A DNA stretch of 64,000 bases from Stylophora pistillata (lineage: Eukaryota). Positions 13,001-28,000 of the stretch are shown here, one piece after another. The position numbers and the translations under genes were made by a program. The notes beneath the pieces were generated by a model. The model was not told the origin of the DNA. It worked only from the letters and a program-made list of their open reading frames with translations, and did no database searches. How positions within the stretch are numbered: position 1 is the first letter of the stretch; the number at the start of each line of letters is the position of its first letter. The stretch covers positions 97,958 to 161,957 of the forward strand of contig NW_019217902.1 of the NCBI RefSeq assembly GCF_002571385.2, read 5' to 3'.

Positions 13001-16000
13001 ATGCTATGAAGGTAACAACGAGTGTTTTGTTTGCCTCAGTGTGATCTTACTTTGCTTTCGTTAACCCTTTGACCCCTAAATGTGAAAAGCGTCTAATTTC
13101 TTCTTGCAATACCACAGTTTAATCGTATTTAAGGTAATGAGAAAAAAGGAAATGATCGTCAACTTAAGAAGCTCTTGACTGTTAAACAAATTCTCCCTGT
13201 CGACACCTAAGGAAATGTTTAGAGAACAGTATGGAGAATATGCATGCCGATGTTAGGGCGTAGAGGATTAAGAAGCTTGCAGAACTCGGAAGTCTTCAAT
13301 CTGGGATTTTTTCCTTGAAACAACGTGCACTTTTTGTGTGAGTATTTTCAAACCAAAACCAGAGAAATTTCAATACCAAGTCAAAAGGTCTGGATAGCAA
13401 CAGATATGTCACGAATTTAAGAAAATATACTTTCCTGGTAATTGCAGACATTGTTTTGTTGTTTTTTGTAGACTGACCTGACAGAGCTGAATAATGAAAT
13501 GCTTACCTCAGTGGGTAGGCGGTCAACAATGCGGGCTCATGTGTTCTAGGTCTAAATTTAGCGAAATTAGCGGAAAATATTAAGGGCTGACTTTTAAAAC
13601 CAAGGAACTCTGTTTTCTTTGAAGGCATTTTCCTATTTCCAGAGGTTTTAAGGAGAAAATTGATTTTTAAAATTTTTAGGGGGTGTACCAAGTTTTTGGA
13701 GGTTGTTCTGTAAAAGAAAAGCGGCAAGGAAAACGACGCCTCAAGTAACAGAATAGGAAATCAACCATGCGAACGACTCAAAATCCGTGTTTCCGCGGCA
13801 AAACCTAGCGCATGCGTATACGTTATTCAGCTCTGTCGACTGCCATACCTTTGCGAAAAGTGAGTGACGAGGTTACAATCAGTTTTAGGTTTGCATCTAA
13901 GTCGACTCGAATTTTATAAGAGAGTCACATCGCGCAATTAAGCAATCCACCAAAAAGCGCTTCTGAGACTGGGCGTGACCTTAAGCGTGACATGAAAGCG
14001 TGACTTTAAGCGTGACATGATGTACTTTTCCCGCCGATTGAATTACTCTTATTTTTTAGGTTGTGGTGGTGATCACTGATGGTCGTTCTAGGTCCACAGA
14101 TGAACAACTTAGGACAGCGGCGAAACCATTGGAAGATAAAGGCATTCACGTCATAGCTGTTGGTATTGGAAGTGTGCCAGACTCTAAACAGCTGGAGAAG
14201 ATAACTCAGAGGGAGGGTGACGTCATAACAGGACCTTCGGATGCCAATCCAGCCTCTTTGGGAAACAGAATCATGGAAAAAGCTTTTGAGCGTGAGGAAA
14301 TAACACTTTTTTCATTATGCATGAGATAAGACTTCTTACAAATACTGTTAAAAATGATCATGATCAGATTTCCCCTGCAGGGTATAAAGAACCCTCTGTA
14401 ATTGCCAACAAAGCGGTCAATTTTCCTATTCAGATGATGTTTCCGCTGCGATTCGATTTGTGCACGATCCTTAAATTTTCGTCTTTATATATTTAGCTGT
14501 GTCGGTACCTATACCAGACATCGACCTTGTGGTTGCCATGTGTCCAGTATCTTCAACCTCAGACCAGACTTTTAAACTCATGAAGGATGCTGTGAAATCC
14601 ATGGTGGACAAGTACGGAACTTCTAAAATCCATTACGGTATCGTCCTCTATGGACGATCAGCCGAAAGACTCTTTGAATTTTCAAATAAGATGGTGTCTG
14701 AAGCTGATTTGAAGCAGTATGTCGATAATCTGCCCAAACCGAAAGGTAATATTCTCTAAATTTGATTAAATAACTCAGACTCTACGCGCGTTCTGATTCG
14801 TAATCAAAGTGACGAACTTGTGGATATACTGCGATTAATATTTAATAATTATTCACCGAAGTGGAGGTGACTAGTGGTGGATATTAAAAAAAAAAAATAA
14901 ATCCACATTAGCTATGGACACAGGTGAATAGTTGTTTTTTAGAATAGACTAAAGCAGTGAAATGATATAGCATAAAAAGATGATTTAACACGTTTTTTAC
15001 TGCAACTGAATAATACTTGCTAATCACTTCCGAATCAGTGAATCAGCGCGCGTGAAAAGCACTTTCAACCTGCGTGGTATATATTAATAAAGGATATTCA
15101 GAGTGCGAGTAGCCATTTAGAGCGTGCCCTCAACGCTATCCACTGTTTTAGTACATACTAATATTGTTTATTTCGTCGAGTCAAATCTTTAGAAAGTGTG
15201 GTCTGATCTCTGATTCTTATGGTTAAACGCCTGAAGTTTGCTGTAAGTTATGATAATTGAAATCGAGTAGTGACAGCGTTGGACTCTTAATCCGGTGGTC
15301 CCGGGTTCGAGTTCCGCTTTGTCCACTTGCAAGATTTGTTTCTCAATAGCCCTGACCTCATTTCCCCGACCGCGATTGTTGATATCAAACTGGTTGTCCC
15401 CTGCCAGTTGGGATTTTCAAATTTGTTTCGTTTGATTTACGTTTTTTCTCTGAGGTTCTTTGAGTGTATGTTGTTATCATCTTTGATTAAAAGAAAACGA
15501 CAGGCTTACCAGTTATTGCGTCATTCACACGCAGAACGAAAAAAACCACAGGGTTACCAGTTGTGTCGTTCCCGTAAAGTGACTTTTTTTGGATCTCTTA
15601 ACGTTTTGCAGGCGTTCCTCCACTCGCACTTGTCAAAGCCCTGAACGACACCAAAGAGATGTTTGACGGAGCAGGCGCACGGAAGAATGCCAAAAAGGTT
15701 CTAGTCGTGTTCACAGACATGAGTTCGGGTGCCGACGAAAATGCATTAAGGTCTGCTGCCACTGTTCTAGAAAATGAAGAAGTAGAAGTCATCGCCGTAT
15801 CCATTGGAGTGGAAACTGATCCTCAAGAGTTAGCTTACATTACACCGCACACAGGGAATATCATTGATTCACCAACTGATGAAAATCCTGACAAGCTTTC
15901 AACAGATATCCTGAGGCTCATCTTTACAGGTTAGTTTTGTTTTGCAATTTTAATAAATAATTAAGCACAGCAATGATCCTCGCTGGCGAGCAGCAGTTTT

Positions 16001-19000
16001 AGAAATTGCAGAAAAGAAGCCTAGAAAAAAATTTAGGGTTCAAGGGGATTCGAACCCAGGCCTCCTGGATACTAGGAGGCATGGGTGGATTAGTTTTGTA
16101 TTGCGAAACTTTTTCACCAAGAATGCCTATGACTTTAAACTCGCAAGTTTCCTTAGGCACGGGAAAGGTGCAAGTTACCATTCTTCAGAATTTAGCTTTG
16201 AATCTGACCGGTTGAGAGAATTTGATTTTATTAATTGGGTTGTTGATGTACATTTGCCACAGTAACGAGTTTCTAAAGCTATTGTTTCGAGCATGAAGGG
16301 TTAATGTTCGAAACTTCAGCTGTAGAAACACTTTATGGTTTCCAATTAACATTATCAACTCAGTTTCTAAATGATCTCGTTGTACCCCCAACGACGCAGC
16401 ATCACATTTTCCTTAGAAATTTCGAGAGTAGCGACAAAGTTTGATAAACCAAATCCACCGTAATACCGAATTACTTTCGAGATAAAAAACTTCCCGAGTG
16501 ACGATGGAAACCCAGTTTACAAATCCTTCCACGAAATTTTGATCAGATCGTAACGATCTGATTCAGACTAACCAAATCTGCAAAACTTTACATTCTCATA
16601 CATAGATCCCCCACCGGTCTCAACGGAAATTGACGTTGCCTTTGTGCTGAGTGCCGACTCCTCAAACAACAGACAGACATTCAGGTTAATGAAGGACACA
16701 ATAGCCTGGATAATCAGCAAATATGGAACAGAAAAGTTGCGTTATGCTTTCATTGTGCTTGGCGCCAGTGCGAAAACAGAACTCGACTTTGATAGTAGCG
16801 CCAGAACTCCAAATAAACTCATAGAATTTGTTAAGCTTCTTCGTATGCAACCTGGAAGATCCAACGTCATTGGGGCTCTGGAGAAGGCCGAAGAAGTGTT
16901 TGACTCTGAGAATGCAAGACCAAATGCATGCAAAGTGGTGGTGATAATGACTGACAAAGCGTTTGGAAGCAGCTCACCTGAGATCAGTAAAGCTGCCACA
17001 CCTCTTGATGCGGAAGGAATAAAAGTTGTTCCTGTAGCTGTGGGGTATGAAGACGACTCATCCCAATTGGAGATGACTAATCCAGATAGTCTTGTCATCG
17101 AGGTACCCCGGTCTGTAAAACCAAAAATATTAGGAAAACGACTTATGGAACACGTTACCAGATGTAAGTTGACACGTAAAAGATTTAGAAGTAATTAGAA
17201 CGCTGTTCTTCTGAGGGGCATATAACTGAAAATATGATACTACCAGTAAGTAAAAAGGCCAACCGGCTCAAACGTTCGCAATTTAAAGAACAGATGTGAT
17301 CTTGAATTAAGCAACCACCCAACGATTGGTATCTGATGGGTTGGAAAGGTGGTATGAGCTTCCTAGACAACAGTATATTGTAAAGAAAAACCAGAGTAAC
17401 GCCGCATTAGAGGAGTTTCCGACTGAATGTCGGTAAACCAAAACCGAAATAATCGCAACAGCCCAATCAGAAGAAAAGAAAAATACCTTTATTAGGAGCC
17501 AATGAAAACCCAAAACAAAACACAGTTTCACTCTGGTCTAAATCTACCGTTTTGAATTCGCCGAAAAGAGAAAGAAAAAGGACTCGCTCATTCGCGGGCC
17601 GATATAATTTTGCTGAAGTCAGTATCAATGCTGAGCGCTGGTAGTTGTTATATATCACATACAATGTGATTATTTGGTCATCAGTCAGTTATAAAGTGAA
17701 TCTTCCCAAGATTGGGATACTCTGGTCGATATGTAAAACGCATTAAAAAGTGGTAAACTATGATATTAGTATGAATGCAAAATAGAACCGCGATAAATAG
17801 GAAAAAAAGGTATTTCATTCGGATGATGTCTCTATGTTATTCTAAGATTTTTATGAGGATGCGTGACGTCTCTACAGCAATTAGGCGTAAGATTCGAGTG
17901 TCGTAAATTAAACCAAAGCTATTACAACAGCCCATAATAAGAAGGGAAGTATCACCAGGAGCCAATGGGAACTCGAATTAAAAACAAGCAAACTGCTCGA
18001 AGCGCGGGAAAAGGCGATTAAGTGAGTGTCGCGAGTTCCATGGATCAGTCACATAACGAAATAATGCAAAATTAAAGCAATCCGGGATTTCTTTCGACGC
18101 TCAATTGAAAACTGCTCTAAATGACGAATAGTGACTTATTGTGTTGTTTTTATTTGGCAGGCAAGTTCCCGCCAGTTGATATTGCCTTTGCTCTCAGTGC
18201 TACAGGATTATCAAAAGAGAAAATTTTCAAACTCATGAAGGATACACTGAAGAGTGTTGCTGACAAGTACGGTACAGGCAGCTTAAGATACAGCTTCATT
18301 GTATTCTCGAACACGTCCAATCTCATTGTACGATTCAGCGAAAAGTATTCCACCATCGACGAACTGAAGGCCTCTGTCGAAGCTTTGCCCTCCGCCACGG
18401 GAGGGGTATCTTTCCTAGAGGTCATCGAATCTGCCAAGGAGGCATTCAGAGACAGTGGCGTTCGTAAGGGTGCTACTCATGTCCTTGTCATTTTGACGGA
18501 CGGAACGTCTGGTGAAGATGAAGTGGAGATAGGAGAAAAAGCAGTGTATTTGGAAGAGTCTGAAATCATTGTTATTCCTGTTGGTGTCGGAGATGAAGTT
18601 GACAGTAACGAGTTGGGCGTCCTTACGAGCAAAGAGGAAAATGTGATTCTTATTGATGAAGATGAACAACCTAAACGTTTGATGGAATTGATTATCGCGA
18701 GAGTTCTTGGTATGACATTGAAAAATTTTGTTTCAATTTTGAATTATTACCTTGCACCCTTAATGTTATTGTGTGTTGGGCTCAGTGCACTGGACTCCGG
18801 CTCGAGACTTTCGGGTTTGAGACTTGACCGGATCACTGTGTTGTGTTCTTAGAGTATAGATTTAACCTATCTTTAACCTTGGTGGTTTAATAATTTGTTT
18901 ATTCTACCGAAGACCGTGACTTATTAATTTTGCGTTTGTGCTCCAGTTAACCCATTAGCACCCGCTGTTGTCATGGACCGAAATATTGCTGGTTGTACGT

Positions 19001-22000
19001 TCGCGCTTACACCTAGCTTTGGACGGTTTCTCTCTCTTAGAGCTGGATCATGTTCCTTGTGCATAAAGCCTGTTTGCGTTTTCCATCGTTTAAGGCTTGC
19101 TTAAGTTGTCTCGCACTTTCAGCTGGCTGGTAACGTTTTCGTGCACTTGTAACAGGTTTCACATTTTCCCTACTTGCAACATGTTTTTTTTATTTTCTAG
19201 CTCTCAAGCTGTTGAGTGTCTTGCTACGTTTGCATCCGGTTCAAAGCTTTCCTCCCACAAAACCATGTTTTCCTCAACTTAACGCTTTGTTTGCAACTAA
19301 TGTTGAAGTTAACTTTTTTCAGTTTCGCTAATTTTACTTCTACAGCAGTAGTGCTGCTCTTTTAACTCTTTGCACCCTAGAATAGAATATATATATATAG
19401 AATTTGTTTCACAATCAAGAGCTTTTTCAGTTGAGATCATTTCCCTTATTTTCGTGACCTAAATTTTTTTATTCGGGGTGGATTTGTGAGGCGAAACTAT
19501 ATGCTACTCACCTTAAGGACAACAATCGCGTTTGGGCTTCTGTTGCCATATTTCCAGTCGTTATAGAATTACATATTTTAACCAATGACTTCTTTGTTCT
19601 GTTTAGAATCACTAAGACCACCACCTGTTGATCTTGCGTTCGCTTTGAGCGCAACCTCTTTCCAGTCGAACGCTTCCTATCCACTGATGAAGGAAGTGAT
19701 AAATTCTATCATACAACAATATGGCACAAAGGACATCCATTTCAGCTTTATCATCTACGGCTCTGAGGCATCTACCAAGTATAGCTTCACGAGAGAGCCA
19801 GAGGATCCCGACGATTTACGAAGATTCGTAACAGATATGCCGGACATCACTCCCCCGACATCACCTCATGTTGCCCTTGAAGCAGCTGCTAAAGCTTTCG
19901 AGGGATCTGGCGTGCGTGCCAATTCTTCCAAGGTACTCGTTTTGATGACAGACATAAAGGGGGATTCATCCGAGAAAGAGATTGAGTCAACCTTTGCACC
20001 ATTGAAACGACAGAAAGTGAAAGTTATAGCCGTGGGGATTGGGTCAGAAGTGGATACAGATGAACTGGTTAATATTACAGGCGATAACAACAACGTCATC
20101 ACTGTTCCCGTCGATACAGACAAGACACCTTTGACCAATGAACTGATGGAAATAGTTTTTCGGCCAGGTTTGGATATAACCTTCCTTCGATTTATAATCG
20201 GTGGGGAACCACCGGCATGAATACAGCAATAATATTGATAATAATATTGGGCAATTTAGCAGTGAAAATTCCACGAGGTGGCTCTTCTTGTGCACTGTTT
20301 CCCGATCGGAGCAAGGTTAAGGACCCATAACAAACTCAGCGCACATGTGACACCAGTTCGGGGTGTTGAACCCGGGTTGTAGGAGGCGAGCCTTTCACCA
20401 CTGCGTCATCCCCACTCGTTTGATCTGCTTACCAGTAGGCTTTAATATTTATATGTTTTTTTTTTATTCATCTTAGGTTTGCCGGAGGTACCTAAAATTG
20501 ATGTTTTGTTCGCCATAAGTGCAGTATCGTCCTCAACTGATGTAGTGTTCCAATCGACGAAAGAGGCGATTATTTCTATTGTGAATAAGTACGGTACGGG
20601 TAACTTGCAGTATGGTGTGATCCTTTTTGGAAGTTATGCCTCGTCATTTATAGACTTGTCCTCCTACTCCACAAGCGATGAGTTGAAAGACTTGGTCACA
20701 AAGCTCCCTATTTTGAAAGGAGGTCCCGCCTTAGACGAAGCTCTCAAGCGCGCTGGAAAAATGTTTACATCGTCAATTGCGCGCAAAGATGCACACCAAA
20801 TCTTGGTCGTGATCACAGACAAAAAGGCTTCTTCCAATCTTAATAATGTTATTTCTGAAGCGAATAAGCTTCAAGATTTAGGCGTGACAGTCATTTCCGT
20901 CGGAGTAGGCAGCGAGGTTGATGAAAACGAACTCCAAGAGATTACACCTGATGTGAGCGATGTCATCATAATTTCCAAAGTTATTGATTCCGACGATCTC
21001 AGAAGGAAAGTTATGGAAAAGATTTTAAAAGGTATTTTTACTTCTGTCCTTGTGTTGATGTCTCCGATTTAGGGCAAAAGAGTTGAACGTGTTAAGTGCA
21101 AGAAAATTTAATCTCGATGCAGAAGATTCGAGAATCCGCGCACCTCTCTCGTTTCCTGGAGTGACAATAAATAATTTTTTTCCATACAATATCGATATAT
21201 TTTCGAGCAGAGAGGTAAGGAGAAGAAACAAAAGATTTCAATCCCCACATTTTCACCCCAAAGACCAATTCGCAAAGGTAAAAATTTAAGAATGGCGTGA
21301 CCTACTTTACCCCTTATCTTGCTCATAATGATGTGTTTCGTATTCTTATCCGTAAGATTTTTGTCTCTTTAAATTTTTTTCCGTAACTTTTTTAGAACGT
21401 ACCAGGGCACCTGAAGTCGACGTAGTGTTCGCTCTAACAGCTACAACAGGGGACCCCGATGACGCGTTTCAGCGCATGAAGGATGCTGTTAAAATCGTAA
21501 CAGACACTTACGGAATACATCGGCTCCAATACAGCCTTATTGTGTATGGAAGCCAACCTAGTGAGGAATTTGATTTCAAAACTAGTTTTCCCTCTCGATC
21601 AAGCATTAAAGACTTCGTTGAAAATTCCCGAAGAGTTTCAAGCCGCCCTGGAACCAAACGGGCCTTGGACAAGGCTTTGCAAATCATCAAAGATTCAAGT
21701 TTACGTCCGCCGGTCAAAAAGGTTGTTGTCCTTTTGACAGATGGTGTCACCGATCTGAATCCGTCGGCTGTTGATGGGGCAGTTCAGGCCATGGAGAAGA
21801 ATGGAATCCCTGTTTTAATATTTGCTTTGGTTAACAATCCTAAAACTGACTTTGAAGTTTCAAAAACCGTCGACCCAGCAGATCTCGCTAAAAAGGTTAT
21901 GGAGAAGGTCTTTGATGGTAAGTGCGTTTGACCAATGTATTGAACGGAAGTTTCATACCATACAAAAGTAATAAAAACGTCTTCTTTGTGAACACATGAT

Positions 22001-25000
22001 AAGCGCCAGATAAGCACAGCCCTGCTGTATAGGTTATGGGGTTTGTAAGACTTACCATAGGAGCGCTTTTCATTTAAGTGTCGGAAAATAAGACCCAAAG
22101 AAATCACATCAGCCAATAAAAGCACAGTGAAATATCACTAGGAGCCAATGCGAGATCAAAGAATAAGCAAACTGGCGCAAGGGCGGGACGACGCGAGTGA
22201 CCAAGCTGCGCTTTGTTCTAGGTAAGTACCTGATTGGACGAGAGAGTGTTGCGACATTTTTAGACCAGTCACTGCGCAAAGTAAAAAAATACAGGCTAAT
22301 ATCGGAGTACTTTCGACACTCAATTTAAAGTTGCTCTCAAGCCCTAGATGTCTCTTTTTTTTTCCAGTTGTGGTGGAACCACCAGAGATGGATCTTTGTT
22401 TTGCTGTTAGTGCTACAGCTGCCCGTTCTGAGAAGACTTTCAACCTCATGAAAAAATCTATCATTGATGTGGTGGACACGTATGGTATAGGCAAGGTTCG
22501 CTATAGTGTGGTGTTATTTGGATCCGTGGCCAGACTGGTTGTGAGATTTAGTGATGGTACTACGGACCCCATTAGGCTGAAAGGTGCCATAGATTCATTG
22601 GTACCAAGTAGTGGAGCCCCGGCGTTAGATGAGGCGTTGGAACGAACTTTGGAATCTTTTGGAGATGGTGAGGACCGTCCGAATGCCAGAAAGGTCCTTA
22701 TTGTCATGTTGGACAACGAATCAGGACTGCAGTTGAGTGACATTGTGTCGAAGGCGAGAGATTTGGAGAAGATGAACATTCGTGTGATTGCTGTGGGCAT
22801 AGGAGACAGCACAAACAAGGAGGAACTGGAAACAATGGCTTCAGATAACAGGGATGTTCTGCCTGTACCAACGTCTAAGCAACCAAGCATGCTTTCCAAA
22901 GATATCATGGTGTTGGTTTTAACAAGTAAGTGGCTTGGACGTTTGAGTTGACTGGAACAGTGTCGCAGGGCACACATAGTTGCAGCTTTTGACTTTAATA
23001 CTTATTATTTTACCATTTATTTACCATTACTAACCTCAAGTTAATACTACTTTACTTATATCTCACTGACGATGATTCTCAGCGTTTCATTTCCAAAAGA
23101 AAACATTAGGTTTGCTGCCTGTCCTTCTGTTCCTCTCTCCGTCTGTCTGTCTCTCCGTCTGTTGGTCTCTCCGTCTGTCTGTCTCTCCTTCGGTTCCTCT
23201 CTCTGTCTGTCGGTCTCTGCGTCCGTCCGTCCGTCCGCCCGTCCCTCCGTCCGTCCGTCCTTCCGTCCGTCCGTCCCTCCGTCCGTCCGTCCGTCCCTCC
23301 CTCCGTCCGTCCCTCCCTCCATCCGTCCCTCCGTCCGTCCGTCCCTCCGTCCGTCCGTCCCTCCGTCCGTCCGTCCCTCCGTCCGTCCGTCCGTCCGCCC
23401 GTCCCTCCGTCCGTCCGTCCTTCCGTCCGTCCGTCCCTCCGTCCGTCCGTCCGTCCCTCCCTCCGTCCGTCCCTCCCTCCATCCGTCCCTCCGTCCGTCC
23501 GTCCCTCCGTCCGTCCGTCCCTCCGTCCGTCCGTCCCTCCGTCTGTCCGTCTCTCCGTCTGTCTGTCTCTCCTTCTGTTCCTCTCTACGTCTGTCTGTCT
23601 CTCCTTCTGTCTGTCTCCGTCTGTCCTTGAAAATGTCTGATGTCTGTCGTTGTGTATGTCACAACCATAATAATTTTTTACCCAGTCAAACACATGATAT
23701 TCAGTAAAAGTCTATATGACACATTCTAGAGACAGGTTATACCATTTTGTTTACTGTAAATTTCACTGATCCTCTTAAGTTTGCTAAATTTGAAACGATA
23801 CTAAAACATGAATTTGACTGTCGACTCAACGTTTAGATCGTCCTCTGAATGTTCCGAAGTTAGATTTGGTGCTTGCCGTCTCAGCGACTGGCACATATAC
23901 AAGTGAAACGTTCCAGTTAATGACGGATGCCATCGACTCACTGCTCCAGAAATACGACTCAAGTAACATCCGTTACGGCCTGATTGTTTACGGTGATGAC
24001 GCTTCGATCGTAGTCCATCTGAGAAACGCCACTTATGCTGACCAGGTTCGAGGAGTGTTGAAAACGATTGAGCAACCGTCGGGTGCATCGTCCCTCGACA
24101 AAGCTCTGGAAGTAGCTGCTGATATGTTCACTGATGCTGGAGATCGGCAGGGTGCGGACAGGGTCTTGGTGGTCCTGACAGACAAGAGCTCAGGTCTCGA
24201 CGAAGACGTCGTGGCAGGCAGTGTCATGCTTCTTGAGCAGATGGCAGTGAAAATTATCCCCGTGGCTGTCGGGGATGAGGTCAACCTAGTGGAATTTGTG
24301 ATTGTGACCAATAAGGGCAACATAATAGAATCTGAGAAAGACAAAGATCCGGAGGAATTAAGTGAAGAGATCATGGAAAGAGTGATAAGTAAGTGCACTT
24401 TGAATGTCTCTGTCAAAGGGTTTTTCGATATAGTGTTAACGAGTAACTGAACCCAAATTGATAACAGCATGCAGTAGCGAAAATGGCAGATTTGACGAAT
24501 TTTCGTCAAAATCGTCCAATCCACCAAGCTGATTTCACTTGGACTAAAAATCGTCAATTCCGCTAAGCTGATATCGTTTTGACGAATTTGACTAAAATTC
24601 GCCAAAATCATCAAATCTGTGAACTTTCACTCGGTGTGACGAAATTTCGTTAAATCTGCCGTTTTCGTTACTGCGTGCATCTCTGGACATAAGAGGAGAT
24701 ATGAGGAGGTATGAGTGAATCTCCGATTTACTTTTGACACTCGATTTATTACTTCTCTATTGTGCAATGTGATGCCACTGTTGGCGATTTTCCTCACGAC
24801 GTTTTTGTTGTTTCTATTTTTTTGCTCATTAGATGGAACCCTAAGGATACCAGAAACCAACCTGGTTTTTGCAATCTCCGCCACAGGACTCGAAGCTGAG
24901 GAAACATATTCTTTTATAAAAGATACCATCAAGTCCATTATTGAGAACTATGGAACGGAGAGACTGGAATTTAGTGTCATTGTGTACGGTGATTATGCTT

Positions 25001-28000
25001 CACCACAAGTCCGTTTTGGTGACATTTTTGATTCAGATGCCGAGTTAGTAGAAGCTGTTGGCAGTATGCCTCGGATATCAGGAACCCCTTCACTTGAGAA
25101 TGCTTTGGAAGCAGCAGATGATCAGTTTAAAAGTCCGTACATACGATTCAATGCAGCTAAGGTAAAATGGTTACCAGTGAAACTAACAAAGCTGTTGATT
25201 TGAAATAAGTTGATAACAGACAAATGTAGAGATCGACTCCTTAGATTTAACTTTTAGGTTGAAAGTTATACTTTTTGTCATTTAATTTTATTGCGCTCAA
25301 TTTAGCTCTTGATTGGCGAGTGTATGGTTGACGAAAAAACAATGGATTTTTTTCTTTATTTCTGGAGCTCGCCAAAGAGGTACATCTTTGTTTTTTCACA
25401 AACGGGTCACTTAACTTGACCTTCGTCCCTTTCCTAAAGCATACTATGATAGAGCATAATACCCCAGCTGGGATTCCTTACAGTAAAATGACATTTCTCT
25501 CGTAGGTGTTAGTTGTCATCACAGACAAGTCATCTGGTAAGACCCCTCAAGATATTAGAGCAGCGGTTGTGCCTCTAGAAACAGCTGGAGTTCGTGTGAT
25601 CGCAGTGTCTGTCGGGACAGAAGTAAACTCTACTAAGGAGAAGGCAGTATCGACTGATGGGGAAGTTATAAAAACTGATAATGAAAAAAACCCTATTCAC
25701 GTGGGAAAGGAGATCATTGACAAAATCGCCAAGGGTAAGTCTGGGTGGTGTATGTTTTTTTTTTTTTTTATTATCACAAGGTCTTATCCTTTAAGATCTT
25801 TCAGGATCTGACAGCTTTAAATGATGGCTATTTTTGAGAATTTGATGAGATGCAGTTGAGCGAACCACTCAAATTAAACTATGAATGTTTCAAGTGAAAT
25901 TTAATCTATGATCATCTCCCAAAATCAATGTTCGTAGTATTTTCAATCATGGTCAATTATGGCATAAAATGGCGTTTTTATCGTATTCTTTCATATACCT
26001 CTTCTCTGAACCTGTAATGAGCGCTAACATGTTTTAAGCGGTGACCCCGCCCTTCCTTGTGGGTGACCGCTCAATACAGATTCGACTGTATTACTGCACT
26101 ATCCGCATGGCCAGTAGGCCCTTTTACAGTTGTGGGCTTGGTGGCCAAGCCTTTGAACAGGAGTGAGGCTAAGGGTGACCCTGTTGTGATAGAGACCTGT
26201 ATCTAGTTAGCATGATAACAAAGTAATTTGCATTTGAAAAGCAGCAACATCTCTGTCATAACAAGGTCACCCTTAGCCTCACTCCTGTTCAAAGGTTTGG
26301 CCACCAAGCCTACAACTGTAAAAAGGACTATTGGTCCGTTATTTGACTCTAAGGATTCTTAACCCATTCAATCCCAAGATCTCATCGGTGATTCTCCTTA
26401 CTGTCTGACATACAGTTCTTATGATGTTGGTTTGGAGAATTTTCTATCGGATCAACCTAAAATCCCCTAACTTATATTTTTCTTTAATCTCATCACTTGT
26501 CTGCTTGATATTGTATTGATATTGTAAGGAAGAATTCTGTCTTGGTCACTCATGGGAATTAAAAGGTTTACAGTGTTATGGTCACATGACTGTGTATTTT
26601 GTAAAGGAGATGGTTGCTTCGTTTTCAATCTGATTGCAGCCTTGCTTATCTTCACTATGAGAAAAGGACGTTGATATTTGTGGGCCTGTTGACACATTTT
26701 GTATGTTCTAACTTTGAACAGGTAAATCTCCAATTCCTGAACTTGAACTTGGGTTCGCTATCGCTGCTGGCTCATTGTATGCCGACGAAACATTCAGGCT
26801 TATGAAAGACACAATTTCAGCGATCATCCGTGAATACGGCTTGGGAAAAATCAAGTATGCGCTGGTTGTCTTTGGGGACACTGCAACTATCAAGATTCGG
26901 TTCAACGGTTTTACTGACGTTAATAATCTTCTACGGTTCCTCAGTGCTACTCCCAAAAAACGGAGCGGCGCTGCTGTGGATGAGGCACTTAAAGAGGCCG
27001 AAAAACTGTTCTCGTCGGCCAGTGTACGACCCCATGCGAGAAAGGTGTTAGTTGTCATCACAGATCTACAGTCAGGAAAATTAACGTCCGACGTTCGCGA
27101 GGCAGCAAGACCACTACAAGATAAGGGAATCAAAATTGTGGCTGTAGCAATCGGTAAAGAAGTTGACCCGAAGGAGTTTGAGATATTTACCTCAAGGGAA
27201 AACATAATTGAGGAGGAAAGAAGCGCAAAACCTGATGATCTGAAGGTCGAAATTATGTCTGCTGTCTTCAGAGGTGGGTCATCACAAATTGCTATTTTTA
27301 CCACAGTTGGCAGTGTCGTCGCATTCTGATTTGCCGACTTGCCGTTGTCGATAAGAGTACCGAGAACGCTGCTTGCGTCAACGTGTTACGATCGTGGTTA
27401 TTTAACGTCGATATTTTTGCAAAAAAAAAAACAAACAAAGAAAGAAACAAATCGACAGGTCTTTACTTTTATCGACAACGATATTCGTGAACATTGTGGT
27501 CACGCTTCTTGGGGACTTACTCGGGTGTGCCTCGCGAGTACGCAATATGTTTACCACGTTGATGACGAATATCAAGGTCAATGAGAGTACAAACAACGCT
27601 AAACCACTGTCGATTTTTTAAATCCACAGAGCTGTAAATCGTCCCAACGAAAAATTCTTGGAAAGTTTTATTTTTCAATTTGACAACTTCGCTTATGTTG
27701 TATAGAGAACGGGGCTCGTATTGATAGAAGTGTGAGTAGCCATTTGGCATAGAAAATTAGCGAGGTTCTGAGGTTTTAGAATGAACTGAAATTTAATCTA
27801 CAATAAATAGCTCGTCGAAAACTAAATGCTGTTAAATATAATTATACTCTTTTAAATTAGATGCGCAAAAGTTTAAGTGGTTCATTCTTGCCTTAACCCG
27901 TTATGTTCTCCACATTGTTCTCTAGTTATTTCCTTTGGTAACGAAAAGGAAAATTTCCTTGATAATCAAGGACTTTTGAATCTCTTTTCTCCTCGTGACC

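Noticed and set aside
23056-23707. PSVR/DGRT-repeat ORFs in several frames
   Set aside because: Translation of a stop-free CCGT microsatellite inside an intron.
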